Positions 41,334 through 50,700 are shown, numbered from the stretch's first letter. The stretch: 64,000 nucleotides of DNA from an uncultured delta proteobacterium (GCA_963767925.1 CAVYGB010000008.1:2336001-2400000); one strand, 5' to 3'. Made by a program: numbers and translations. The notes: generated by a model from the sequence alone, not told the origin.

Positions 41334-42272
41334 GTGAAGCGTCGCCAGTTCCTTCGAAACACCGGTATCGCCGCCGCCTGCGCGGTGCTCGATGGGCCCG
41401 CCTTCGCCGCTGCCGGCCTGCGCGCGCGGCTTGGCGTCACCAGCGACGAGATCTCCAACGACCTCGAGGTGGCGTTGCGCCTCTTGCAGTCGTTCGGGCT
41501 CGGCTGGGTCGAGCTGCGGAAGGTTTGGGGGCAAAACGTCACCGAGCTCTCGCTCGAAGACTGCAAGCGCGCCCGCGCCCTGATGGACCGCTACAAGGTG
41601 CGCCTGTCCGTCCTCGACACGGCCATGTACAAGTGCGACCTGCCCGGCCTGCCGAGCGGCCGCAAGGAAGACTACCCCTTCGACGGTCAGGACGCCGTTC
41701 TGGCCCGGGCCCTCGAGCGCGCCCCCATCCTCGGCACCCGCTTCATCCGGATCTTCAGCTTCTGGCGCCCCAGCGCGGCCGCGCTCGACGAGCCCGGCTT
41801 CAAGCGCGTCGTCGAGCACCTGAGCAAGGCCAGCGACAAGGCGCGCGCCGCCAAGGCGACCCTGCTGCTGGAGAACGTCAACGGCGCCAACGTCGAGACC
41901 AGCGTCGAGGCGGCCCGCCTGCTGGCCGCCATCCCCTCGCCGGCGTTCGGCCTGGCCTGGGATCCCAACAACGCCTACTGCGGCAAGGAGACCCCCTTCC
42001 CCGACGGCTACCGCGCCCTCGACCGCAAACGGATCCACCACATCCACCTGCGCGACGCCGGCTGGGACCCCGAGACAAAGAAGTGCAAGTGGCTGCCCGT
42101 CGGCAAGGGCCAGGTCGACAACCTCGGGCTGCTGCGCGCCCTCGCCAAGGACCGGTTCCCCGGCACCCTCACCCTCGAAACCCACTACGCCCGCCCCGAC
42201 GGCAACAAGGAGCTCGCCACCCGCGAGTCCCTGCAGGGCCTGCTCCCCCTCTTCGACCGCGCGACAACCTGA
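41334..42272 (+). CDS. Sugar phosphate isomerase/epimerase (AP endonuclease 2 TIM barrel), Tat signal
   Basis: KRRQFL signal; SDEIS, VELR, IRIFSF, LLEN, WDPNN, HIHLRD, TLETH. Confidence 0.88.
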   Translation: MKRRQFLRNTGIAAACAVLDGPAFAAAGLRARLGVTSDEISNDLEVALRLLQSFGLGWVELRKVWGQNVTELSLEDCKRARALMDRYKVRLSVLDTAMYKCDLPGLPSGRKEDYPFDGQDAVLARALERAPILGTRFIRIFSFWRPSAAALDEPGFKRVVEHLSKASDKARAAKATLLLENVNGANVETSVEAARLLAAIPSPAFGLAWDPNNAYCGKETPFPDGYRALDRKRIHHIHLRDAGWDPETKKCKWLPVGKGQVDNLGLLRALAKDRFPGTLTLETHYARPDGNKELATRESLQGLLPLFDRATT

Positions 42273-42474
42273 GCCGCCGTCGACCTGTGCTCGCGAACCA
42301 CGGTCGGGGTTCTGCGCCAGCACAGCCGCCACCTGCCCTCCCATCCGCGTCGGGAACCTGGCCATAGATCGCGAGGCACACGCCAGCCGTCTTGCCCGCC
42401 GCCTCCGAACAGAATCCAAAGCAGCGCGCGGCCCGCTCACAGGCCCGCTCCGAGGACAAGGGCTCCGGGCGCTC

Positions 42475-42873
42475 GTGGTGGGCGACGAGAACATCCACGT
42501 CGACGGGCGCAGGATCGCCGAGCTGGAGGCGCACCCGACCAATCACCTCTTCGTCCTCGAAGCGGAGGGCGCCGTGCAGGGAACCGCCTTCCTCACCATC
42601 TGCCTCGACCCGATGTACGGCTTCAGCCCCTACGGCGTGGTCGAGAACGTCTTCGTGCAGCCGGCGCTGCGCGGAACCAGCGCCGGTCGCGCCCTCATGA
42701 GCGCCGTCGAGCAGGAAGCGCGGGCCGCCCACAGCACCAAGCTGATGCTCCTGAGCTCGCTCTCCCGCAGCGACGCCCACCGCTTCTTCCTCCGCCTCGG
42801 CTTCGAGGGCGACAAGAAGCGCGGCTTCGTGAAATACCTCAACCGCACCCCGCCCCTCCCCCCCTCGCCCTGA
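42475..42873 (+). CDS. GNAT acetyltransferase, apparently N-terminally truncated
   Basis: VENVFVQPALRGTSAGRALM, KLMLLS...AHRFFLRLGF. Confidence 0.7.
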   Translation: MVGDENIHVDGRRIAELEAHPTNHLFVLEAEGAVQGTAFLTICLDPMYGFSPYGVVENVFVQPALRGTSAGRALMSAVEQEARAAHSTKLMLLSSLSRSDAHRFFLRLGFEGDKKRGFVKYLNRTPPLPPSP

Positions 42874-43059
42874 CGATCGCCTTTCCCCCTCCTGCCCAGC
42901 GCCCGAACTGTGGCCAGGCACAGGAGGCCCCACCGCTCACACCAGGGATCCGGCATTCTCGAGGCGGGACGGCAATCGCCAGCGCACCACCCACAGCCGC
43001 TGCCGACGGAGGCGCACGCAGCATGCCAGCCTGTAACGGCTTCAGATCCGAGTAGGTTT

Positions 43060-43077
43060 GTAGCGGGGGCCCGCTAC
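43060..43077. repeat. Putative att junction: 11-bp copy of the tRNA-Met 3' end within an inverted repeat
   Basis: GTAGCGGGGGC at 43060-43070 equals 53017-53027. The local sequence GTAGCGGG-GG-CCCGCTAC is palindromic. Confidence 0.6.
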
Positions 43078-43272
43078 TTCCGTTTTCAAATACCTACCGG
43101 CTGGCGCTGGCACCAGGGTTCGGGCTGGGGCTGGATGAGGGTTGTGGACCCGTCGCGGGGTAGAATCGAGTGCGGTCGGGTTCAGACCACCCTCGTCGTG
43201 TCGATGGGTTTGCGTTCCTGCCCCCGCCAATCTCGCAAGCCAACCAAGCTGGCTAATGACCGAGAGGTGTTA

Positions 43273-43505
43273 AAAGGCACTCCAGCGGTTCGTCTCGACG
43301 ACAAACGCCATCGAGAACCTGATGGGCGTCGTGCGGACGGTCACCCGCATCGAGAAGCGCCTCTATTCGTGCTATCTTTTGCGACGCCGGGCAATCCCAG
43401 GGGCCGCTCGAAGCGCTGGATCTATCGCCCTGATGCGCGCAGTTGCGGGTATCCTCAGCTCCGGGCACACCCTCGCGGCTGGCCAGCCAAGCTTCCGCCG
43501 CAATG
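43273..43505 (+). pseudogene. IS256-family transposase C-terminal remnant
   Basis: KALQRFVSTTNAIENLMGVVRTVTRIEKR...MRAVAGIL...SFRR resembles the IS256 C-terminal STNxIE...VRRVTR...FRR pattern. Confidence 0.5.
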
Positions 43506-43780
43506 AAGCCTGCGCCGGGAAGCGGACCCTCGTCAGCCTTGCCCTGCTCAACCAGGCGCCGCGTGCCCACACGCTTCAGCGTGGAGGCCACTCGTGATCT
43601 CAGCAGCCGCAGCGTTCGGCGGACTGACGCGCGCGCGGGCACGGCCTGCCCCGAATCGACCGCATCTTTGAAGATCTGGCAGAGCCGCAACTGCAGGCTC
43701 CCCCCGCTGCTGCCGATGACCAGCTGCCGACCGGCACTTCGGAATCCTCGCACGTTGCCGGGACGTTCGCCCACGAGCGG

Positions 43781-43935
43781 GAGCCACGAAAGGCCTGTCA
43801 GCCCGCCTGCTGGTCGCGACCAGGGCTCGCGCCACCATCTCCTTTCCAGTGCCGGTCTCGCCACGGATGAGCACGGGAACGTCGGACCCCGCCACGCCGC
43901 GCGCGAGCTGGCGGACCTGCGCGACGACGGGCTCC
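43781..43935 (-). pseudogene. Sigma-54 activator AAA+ fragment
   Basis: VRQLARGVAGSDVPVLIRGETGTGKEMVARAL...RADRPFV, with no continuation to a GAFTGA motif. Confidence 0.7.
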
Positions 43936-43965
43936 TCTTCCGATCCGGAACGCAAGAACCGCGGT

Positions 43966-44427
43966 TCAGGGCGAGGAGACCAACTCCCAGGAAGCTCCCG
44001 CGAGGCGGTAGACGCTGCCTTCGGCGGGAACCCGTCGTTCGATCGAGCCGTCGGGCTTGATGGTCCAGGACTCGTCCCAGCGCTCGTCACGATCGAGGTC
44101 GACCTTGAGGCGATTCCAGCGCCGGCCGTCGTCGCTATAAACGTTGATCTTGTAAGGCCTGCCGCGCGTTCCGTCCTTGATCTTGGGCTCGACAGGGCGC
44201 TCGAGCAGCGCCAGCGCGGCGCGGTCGATCTCGCGCATGCCCGGCCCAGGTTGAAGCGGCGCAGACGGGGCTCCGGTCGCCGGTGGGCGTGCCGGGGAGG
44301 CCCTCGGCGCGGCGACGGGAGGCGGCGATAGGGTGCCGGCGCATTTGATGGCGCCGAACATGCCGAGGAGGCCACCGCAGCTGAAAACAACGACCAGGAC
44401 GATGTTGCGAAAGGTGCGGTACTTCAT
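43966..44427 (-). CDS. Membrane-anchored hypothetical protein (last gene of the radical SAM operon)
   Basis: ATGA overlap with radical SAM #3. N-terminal TM, Pro-rich linker, KIKD...PYKINVYSDD...KVDLDRDERWDESWT. Confidence 0.75.
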   Translation of the reverse strand: MKYRTFRNIVLVVVFSCGGLLGMFGAIKCAGTLSPPPVAAPRASPARPPATGAPSAPLQPGPGMREIDRAALALLERPVEPKIKDGTRGRPYKINVYSDDGRRWNRLKVDLDRDERWDESWTIKPDGSIERRVPAEGSVYRLAGASWELVSSP

Positions 44428-45320
44428 GAGGTGGCCTTTGGTCGCTCCCGAGGCATCATGCCCCGCTCGATGGGGACGGTGCAGTTGCAGTATTGGTAGC
44501 GACACGGCGTGGGCTCGTCGCGAAGGGAAAAAGTCCCCTCGAGCAGGTTCCCGAGAGACTCCCGGCGGTACCGGCGCGCGGGGTAGCACCGGAAGGCGTT
44601 GCCGAGGTCGTCGAGGATGAAATAACGAGCGCCCGCCCAGCAGGGCCGACCGGAGAAGTCGGGGGCGATCTCGCCGGTCGAGTTGTGCCCACCCAGGGCG
44701 AGGATCTGCGCGCGCTCGCCGGGGGTGTAGGCGATGACCTCTCGATCCTGCTTCTCCGGTTGGATCTTGAAGCGAATGCCCGCCGACGCAAAGCGGTCCC
44801 GGAGATCCCCGAGGCGCGGGAGGTTGGCACGGGTCGCCACGCAGGTCACACAGAGCGACGCCGGCGGTCGGGCGCGCTTGGTGATGGTGCGGCAGCGTTC
44901 GATGAAGTCCTCGAGCGTGTCGGGTTTGCCGCCGACGCCGGTGGCGTCCACGTATTCGAGGTGTAGTGAACAGCTCATCACGCCGAGGTGGTCTCCGGCG
45001 GCGTCGAGGAACGCGAGCAGCTTTTTCCGCGAAGCCGACAAGTTCGTCACCATGGATATCAGGAAACCCAGGCCACGCAGGCCCCGCACCAGCTCCAGCA
45101 GTTGGGGGTGCAGGAAGGGTTCTCCCCCGGAGAGCTTCACCTCCCACGCCCCGGGTAGGGCGGCGAAAGCACGCAGGAACCGGGGGACGTCGCGCGCCCA
45201 GCGCCCGCGGTCGTCGACGAAACGTTGGGTGCAGTAGCTGCAGCGGTAGTTGCAGGTGGTGTTCATGTTCCAGCTGATGACCCCGCGCGGGGGGGCGGGG
45301 GTGGGAAGGAAGGGGCTCAT
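44424..45320 (-). CDS. Radical SAM protein #3 with C-terminal Cys-rich (twitch/SPASM-like) domain
   Basis: WNMNTTCNYRCSYC, LSGGEPF, TNLS, SLHLE, CWAGARYF...C...CRYQYCNC. Confidence 0.9.
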   Translation of the reverse strand: MSPFLPTPAPPRGVISWNMNTTCNYRCSYCTQRFVDDRGRWARDVPRFLRAFAALPGAWEVKLSGGEPFLHPQLLELVRGLRGLGFLISMVTNLSASRKKLLAFLDAAGDHLGVMSCSLHLEYVDATGVGGKPDTLEDFIERCRTITKRARPPASLCVTCVATRANLPRLGDLRDRFASAGIRFKIQPEKQDREVIAYTPGERAQILALGGHNSTGEIAPDFSGRPCWAGARYFILDDLGNAFRCYPARRYRRESLGNLLEGTFSLRDEPTPCRYQYCNCTVPIERGMMPRERPKATS

Positions 45321-46267
45321 TGGCTCGGCCCTGCCTCGGCCGCCCGGGCCGGCACACCCTCGATCATCCCGCGGTTGGCCGGCACACTGCAGGGGCAGAT
45401 GGTGTAGGGGCACCGCACCGGACCCGGGCGCAGAACCACGCTGCCTTGGTGGACGTTGCCGAGGTAACCTTCGTCTTCGCGTTTGGCCGATCGGCACGAC
45501 CAAGCGTCGCCGTTTTGCATGAGGACGAAGTAACGGGCGCCGGTCCAGCAGCGCCGGCCGGTGTAGGCGGGTGCGAGATTGGCGCTGCGCGACTCCTCGG
45601 CGAGCGCAAGCCCGCCGACGATTTCCTCGATGAGCGCCAGCTGCGCCAGGTTGTAGGCGACGACGCCGTGTTTGACCTTCATGAGCTGGGGAAAAAAGCG
45701 GAAGCCCGCGGCCTCGACCGCGCGCTTCGCGGCTCGGGCCTCCGCAAGGCGACTGGGCACCAGCACGCTGTTGACCACGAAGCGGGCGGTGGCATCGGAG
45801 GCCTGCCGCAGGGCCGACAGCCGCTGCAGGAAATCCGCCACCGCGGTGAACTCGAGGTGCAGGCTCGCCGAAACGATGCCGAGCCGGCCCAGGGTAAGAG
45901 CACCGAAACGTCGCAACACCGAGACCGGCGGCGACAGATTGGTCAGCAGCGAGATCCGATGCGGCAGCGCCAGCAGCCCTGGAACGATCCGGCGCAGGAA
46001 GAGCGGCGAGGCGAAGGGCTCGCCGCCGGTCATCTTGATCTCCCAGCTCCCCGGTAGGGCGCCGAGGAAGGCGATCATGCGATCGATCTGCTCGGCCGAT
46101 GGGAAGCCGACACGACGGTCGCGCGCCTGGATGCAATAGCTGCAATCGTAGTTGCAAACCCCGCACACCTGCCACTCGACGGTCGGCTGGTGCGGCCAGG
46201 GAGGTTCGGCCGGTCCCGGTTCCGCGGAGCTCGTGCCCAACCTTCCAACGATGGGTAAGTGTCTCAA
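45317..46267 (-). CDS. Radical SAM protein #2 with C-terminal Cys-rich domain
   Basis: WQVCGVCNYDCSYC, MTGGEPF, TNLS, SLHLE, CWTGARYF...C...CPYTICPC; TTG start overlapping the upstream stop. Confidence 0.9.
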   Translation of the reverse strand: MRHLPIVGRLGTSSAEPGPAEPPWPHQPTVEWQVCGVCNYDCSYCIQARDRRVGFPSAEQIDRMIAFLGALPGSWEIKMTGGEPFASPLFLRRIVPGLLALPHRISLLTNLSPPVSVLRRFGALTLGRLGIVSASLHLEFTAVADFLQRLSALRQASDATARFVVNSVLVPSRLAEARAAKRAVEAAGFRFFPQLMKVKHGVVAYNLAQLALIEEIVGGLALAEESRSANLAPAYTGRRCWTGARYFVLMQNGDAWSCRSAKREDEGYLGNVHQGSVVLRPGPVRCPYTICPCSVPANRGMIEGVPARAAEAGPSQ

Positions 46268-47394
46268 CCGAGCACCCTCAACCGTTTAGGGATAGCCGCC
46301 ACCTCCCCCGGACGCACCGGGCGGGGCGCCTCGCCGAACGCCGCGCGGAAGGCAGCGCCCAGCTTGACGTTCTCGTTCAGCTTTCCGCACTGCCAGCAAC
46401 CCGGGAAGAAGCCACCGGCGGCAAGCCGCGACCGCAAGCTCTCCCAGGCCTCACCTCGCCAGAGGGCGGAGAAACCAGCGGGCCGCTCGAGTCTTCCCAC
46501 CACCACCTCGGTGTTGCAGCAGAACAGGACGGTACCGTCGACGGTGATGCGGCTATATTCGTACCCCAGAAAACATCCGACGTCTTCGATGGGCGCGGTG
46601 GTCTCGCCGCCCGCCTCCACCTGCGCGCGGAAGACGTCCAGGTTGTGTTTCACCCCCAGGGCAAGGGCCTTAACGCGGGCCGCTTCGATCCCCTCGCCCA
46701 GCAACCAATGCCGCTGTGGCTCGCTGATGCGGGCAGCCTCGGTGCCGGCGCGCAAGGAAGCGAGCTTGAAGTTTACCTGGAGGGCCCGATAGCGAGCGGC
46801 CAGCGCGATCATGTCGGGCAGCTGACCGGCATTACAGGCGGCGATGACCTGGACCTGTTTGTAGCGGCGTCCGGCGTCTCGCAGCTGGCCCAGCATCCGG
46901 TGCAGCTTGTCCCAGTGGGCCGGGCCGAACGACGGGTGGAAGGCCAGGTAGGCTTCCGCGCTGGCACCGTGAACGCCAATGAGAAGTTGATCCACGCGCA
47001 GGGCCAGGAGCCGCTCGAGATCCGCGGCGACGAGGTTGGTGATGATCGTGAGATGCAGGCCGCGACCTTTGACGTCGGCGATCAGCTCATAGACGTGAGG
47101 ATGGGTGAACGGCTCGCCCATGCCCGACAGGATCACCGCCTCGAGGCCGCCCAACCCCTGGATGTCGTCGAGCAGCGCGTGCACGAACGCGGTGTCTACC
47201 CGCTGCCGTTTCCACGCCGCTGGTCTCGCCGCGGCCAGCAGGGGACTGTGGTCCCAGCAGGTGATGCAGTCGGTGTTGCAACTGTTCGTGATGTCGATGT
47301 GCACCGTGCGAGGTCCCAGGCGGACGATCCCGTCCCGGAGGCTCTCCAGGCGTTGCCGCGACGGCGAGGGAACAGCGCCGGTGCGCCGGTTCAC
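46264..47394 (-). CDS. Radical SAM protein #1 with SPASM/twitch-like C-terminus
   Basis: IDITNSCNTDCITCWDHSP, SGMGEPF, CFLGY...GTVLFCC...CWQC; GTGA overlap with the glycosyltransferase. Confidence 0.9.
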   Translation of the reverse strand: MNRRTGAVPSPSRQRLESLRDGIVRLGPRTVHIDITNSCNTDCITCWDHSPLLAAARPAAWKRQRVDTAFVHALLDDIQGLGGLEAVILSGMGEPFTHPHVYELIADVKGRGLHLTIITNLVAADLERLLALRVDQLLIGVHGASAEAYLAFHPSFGPAHWDKLHRMLGQLRDAGRRYKQVQVIAACNAGQLPDMIALAARYRALQVNFKLASLRAGTEAARISEPQRHWLLGEGIEAARVKALALGVKHNLDVFRAQVEAGGETTAPIEDVGCFLGYEYSRITVDGTVLFCCNTEVVVGRLERPAGFSALWRGEAWESLRSRLAAGGFFPGCWQCGKLNENVKLGAAFRAAFGEAPRPVRPGEVAAIPKRLRVLG

Positions 47395-49061
47395 GATGGC
47401 CCCCCCACACTCTGCAGCCGCACCCGCGCGCGTTCGAGGAGCAGCCGGTTTGGTTGCTCCCCGTCGGGCTCGGCCTGAAGGCGGGTCACCTCCTGGACGA
47501 CCCGGAACAGATCGAGCCCCACCGCGGCGCTGACATCCATGACCGTGACGATCTGCTCTGCGGCGCGCGCCGGGGCGACCTCCCGCTCGGTGCGGAGGCG
47601 CTCGACCAGCGAGACCAGGGCGCTCCACTGCCCGTGCGCCGCCGGGTGCGCCAGCAGCGCGGCAGCGGCCTCGCCGATCTCGTCCGGCCCCACCTGAGGC
47701 GCGCAGAGCTTGCGGCCGAGCAGCGTCGCGAGCCGCACGGCCAGTTTCTGAGGCATACCCACCTCCCGGGCCGCCCGCAAGAGGGTGCGGGCAGGCTGGA
47801 GGTCGAGCGCGGCCCGGTCCACCGTCCGCGGATTTCCCAGCAGGCCCACCGCCGCATCTACCAGATGGCCCAGCTCAACGCCCAGCGCCTGCGCCTCCGC
47901 GAGCAACTGGTCGTCGACGATGGCCGCTGCCTGACGCACCACACTGGTGGGTAGCACCAGCTCCAGCAGCTCGGCCGCTGCGTCGCGAGCATGGTTGCGT
48001 GGCACCCTCCGTAGGCCGGCCTCCCGCAAGCCCGCCGCCGTGCTCGGATCGCGGAGAGCGGCCACCGTCGCGGCCAGCGTCGATGGCTCGACGGCGCGCA
48101 GATCCAGCGCCGCCCCCGCGCCCACCATGGCCGCCACCCGGCCGTACTGGTCGTCGGCGATCTTGGTCTGGGCGAAAAATGCGGTGGGAACGCCGAAGTG
48201 CAGGAGCTCGTGGGTGGCGTTGAAACCGGCCGCGGAGATCGCACCGTCCACGCCGGGGAGCACCTCTGCCAGGCGCGTCTCCGTCCAGAATGTGATGCGC
48301 GGACCTCGGCGGGGCTCACCGCGATAGAGCGGCCCGGCCGCGAGCAGCAGATGGATGGTGGGATCGTGGGCCACGGCGGCCACCACGGCGTCGAGGAGGG
48401 CGGCGACCGTCTGGTCGCCGCCGCCGCCCCCGGAGACCAGCAGGCAAAAGGCGTCCTCCGGAACACCGATGCGGGCCCGCGCGGCCCCGCGGGACAGGGC
48501 CTCGAAGCGCTCGGTGAGCATGACCGGACCGACCGCGCGAATCTGATCGCGCCGCACCTCGGCAGGCGGCTCGGCGGGATCGCCATCCGCACCGGGAACG
48601 ATCACCCGATCGTAAAGCGTCACCAGGGCGCGGTAGGCCGGCCGATCCGCGAGCTCCTGGCGAACCCTGCGCGCGACCAGCGCCTTGTGCCGGCAGAGGT
48701 CCAGCACCCCCAGCAGCTCGTCGAACGACCCGTTGGGGAATGTGTCCACCACGAGCAGATCGGGGCGGAGCAGCGCCACCGCGCTCCAGACCCACTGCTT
48801 GGCCAGGGCCAGGTAAGAGGCCTTGGGGATGCCGGCCTCTTCGACGATGGACTTGCTCGGCAGCTTGAAGGAGGCGAAACCCTCGTGGAAAAGCAGCGTG
48901 TCCGCCTCGGAGGTGGTGAGGAACCAGTGCTGGGTGGTGACCCCGGCAAAGGTGGCATAACGCCTCAACCAGCGGTTGATGGCCGCCAGCCGGCAGACGT
49001 GCCCGAGCCCACGGCCGTTCACCGCGTAGTTGACCAGGACGAGCGAGCGCGGCAGTTCCAT
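47391..49061 (-). CDS. GT-B fold glycosyltransferase (MurG/GT28 C-terminal-like) with helical C-terminal extension
   Basis: YAVNGRGLGHVCR, PDLLVVDTFP, VSGGGGGD, ISAAGFNATHE, DDQYGR. Confidence 0.8.
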   Translation of the reverse strand: MELPRSLVLVNYAVNGRGLGHVCRLAAINRWLRRYATFAGVTTQHWFLTTSEADTLLFHEGFASFKLPSKSIVEEAGIPKASYLALAKQWVWSAVALLRPDLLVVDTFPNGSFDELLGVLDLCRHKALVARRVRQELADRPAYRALVTLYDRVIVPGADGDPAEPPAEVRRDQIRAVGPVMLTERFEALSRGAARARIGVPEDAFCLLVSGGGGGDQTVAALLDAVVAAVAHDPTIHLLLAAGPLYRGEPRRGPRITFWTETRLAEVLPGVDGAISAAGFNATHELLHFGVPTAFFAQTKIADDQYGRVAAMVGAGAALDLRAVEPSTLAATVAALRDPSTAAGLREAGLRRVPRNHARDAAAELLELVLPTSVVRQAAAIVDDQLLAEAQALGVELGHLVDAAVGLLGNPRTVDRAALDLQPARTLLRAAREVGMPQKLAVRLATLLGRKLCAPQVGPDEIGEAAAALLAHPAAHGQWSALVSLVERLRTEREVAPARAAEQIVTVMDVSAAVGLDLFRVVQEVTRLQAEPDGEQPNRLLLERARVRLQSVGGPS

Positions 49062-49063
49062 GG

Positions 49064-50344
49064 TCAGCTCGCGTCCATGCTGGAAAAATCGTCCCGGCTC
49101 CCCTGGGCGGTGGCTATCGCGCCGGCAGCTACTTCTCGGTCACGTATCGCATGAGCCGTGCGGTGTTCTGCCACCTCGGGGATGAAGTTTCCTTTAACGC
49201 GCCCGCCGGTCATGAGATCCCACCAGAGATAGTCTCGCGACGGTTCACACACTTGATACGCGTCGAACCCCACCACCGACTGGCAGGCCTGCTGGTAACG
49301 GGCGCGGCGGTCGTCCCAGCGCACGAGCGGCAGAGAGTACTTTGCCCTCACCTCTCGCTCGTCGTACGAGGCGTTGCACTTCCTGGCACTGGCGGTCAGC
49401 TTCTCCTCGGTGCGCGCCAGCTTCTCGAGCATACGTGTGACTTCGGCGCGTGGGCGGCGGATCCATTCTTCCCCAATGGCTGCGAGGTAGCGGGTCTTGG
49501 CCTGCACACCCGCCACCCGCTTGGCCGCCAGCGACAGGGCCGGGTCGTCGCTGAAAACCCCTAGAAAGTCCTGTTCCGGAAGGGCGTCGAGATGATCGCG
49601 CGCTCGACCGCGGGCGGTGGCGAGCGACCAGGGCTCGGTGCTGGCAAGCGCGGTTCCGGCCTCCTCGTACCGGCGGGCGAGCGCTTCGATCTGTCCGGCC
49701 TGATTGATCAGGTCGCCACGCTCGGTATTCAAGGCCTCGAGGGCCTCGCCCTCTCGCAGGTAACCCGCGCGAATCTGCCCGAAGTCCATCGCCCGCAGGC
49801 GCGGACCGTGTCGCTCCAGAATGAGGTCGCCGTGTTTCCAGTGGCGATAATACGAGGACTCCCACCACATTCGGGTGTACCCCTCGACCCCGTATTTCTC
49901 CGCGATCAGCTCGGCGAAGAACGGCTCGCCTTCCAGCAGCGAGCGGCTGGTCGCCAGGGCCGTGATATGCTCCGCTAGATCGTGGGCGCGGATGGAGATG
50001 CGGTTGAGCGCCGCGGCGCGGGTCACGAACCGCTGGTCGACTTCGATGGACGCCCGGGTGATCTCCAGCTGCGCCTTACGTTCTCCGGCACGCTTCGCCA
50101 CCTCGCCCGGAGCCAGGGTCGGGAGGGACAGCCGGGAGGCGGCCGCGCTCAGGGCCGCGGGGTCGAGGTTCGGCAAGAGCAGTCCGAGGAGGTGTTGCCA
50201 GGCACCGTCGAGCGCGGCTCGCACCTCCTGCTCGGTACGCTCGTGCTCCACGCGCGTGGCATCGAGACGGTGAAGCTCCGCTTCGGCCACGGCACGTTGT
50301 CTCCGGGCGAGCTCGCGCAGCTCCTGGCCGGAAAGGCTGCTCAC
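49064..50344 (-). CDS. Coiled-coil-rich hypothetical protein
   Basis: GTGA overlap with the upstream gene; helical heptad-like segments; aromatic motifs YTRMWWESSYYRHWKHGD and DYLWWDLMT. Confidence 0.75.
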   Translation of the reverse strand: MSSLSGQELRELARRQRAVAEAELHRLDATRVEHERTEQEVRAALDGAWQHLLGLLLPNLDPAALSAAASRLSLPTLAPGEVAKRAGERKAQLEITRASIEVDQRFVTRAAALNRISIRAHDLAEHITALATSRSLLEGEPFFAELIAEKYGVEGYTRMWWESSYYRHWKHGDLILERHGPRLRAMDFGQIRAGYLREGEALEALNTERGDLINQAGQIEALARRYEEAGTALASTEPWSLATARGRARDHLDALPEQDFLGVFSDDPALSLAAKRVAGVQAKTRYLAAIGEEWIRRPRAEVTRMLEKLARTEEKLTASARKCNASYDEREVRAKYSLPLVRWDDRRARYQQACQSVVGFDAYQVCEPSRDYLWWDLMTGGRVKGNFIPEVAEHRTAHAIRDREVAAGAIATAQGSRDDFSSMDAS

Positions 50345-50700
50345 GGCCCGCCGCCTCCCGGGCGGGCGCCCGAACACCTGCGGGCGACCTCGTCGAGGAA
50401 GGCCTCCGCCGCGGCCGCCAGATCCTCGGCGGAGGTCGCGGCGGTTTCATCCACCACGAAGATGTACAGGTCGCCCGCGGCGATGCGCCGGCCAAGCTCT
50501 GCTCGCGCTATCGCAGTGAGCTCGGCGTGATCACCGGCAAGGTGGGTGAGGTATTCGTATCCCACCCGCGCGACGGGGTCCCATCCGTCCGCCGTGAAGT
50601 CGAGCCTGCCCTCCCGGAAGGGGACGTTTTCCTGGATCGAATAGCCACGCCCGGCGAAAGCCCGTTTCAGGACGGCGCATCCTTCCGCTTCGCTCAGCAT
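50341..50700 (-). CDS. Small hypothetical protein, possible PD-(D/E)XK/Vsr-like nuclease fold
   Basis: F...GYSIQENVPF...FTADGWDPVARVGYEY resembles the xDGx..xEY core of restriction-endonuclease-like domains. Confidence 0.55.
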   Translation of the reverse strand: MLSEAEGCAVLKRAFAGRGYSIQENVPFREGRLDFTADGWDPVARVGYEYLTHLAGDHAELTAIARAELGRRIAAGDLYIFVVDETAATSAEDLAAAAEAFLDEVARRCSGARPGGGGP

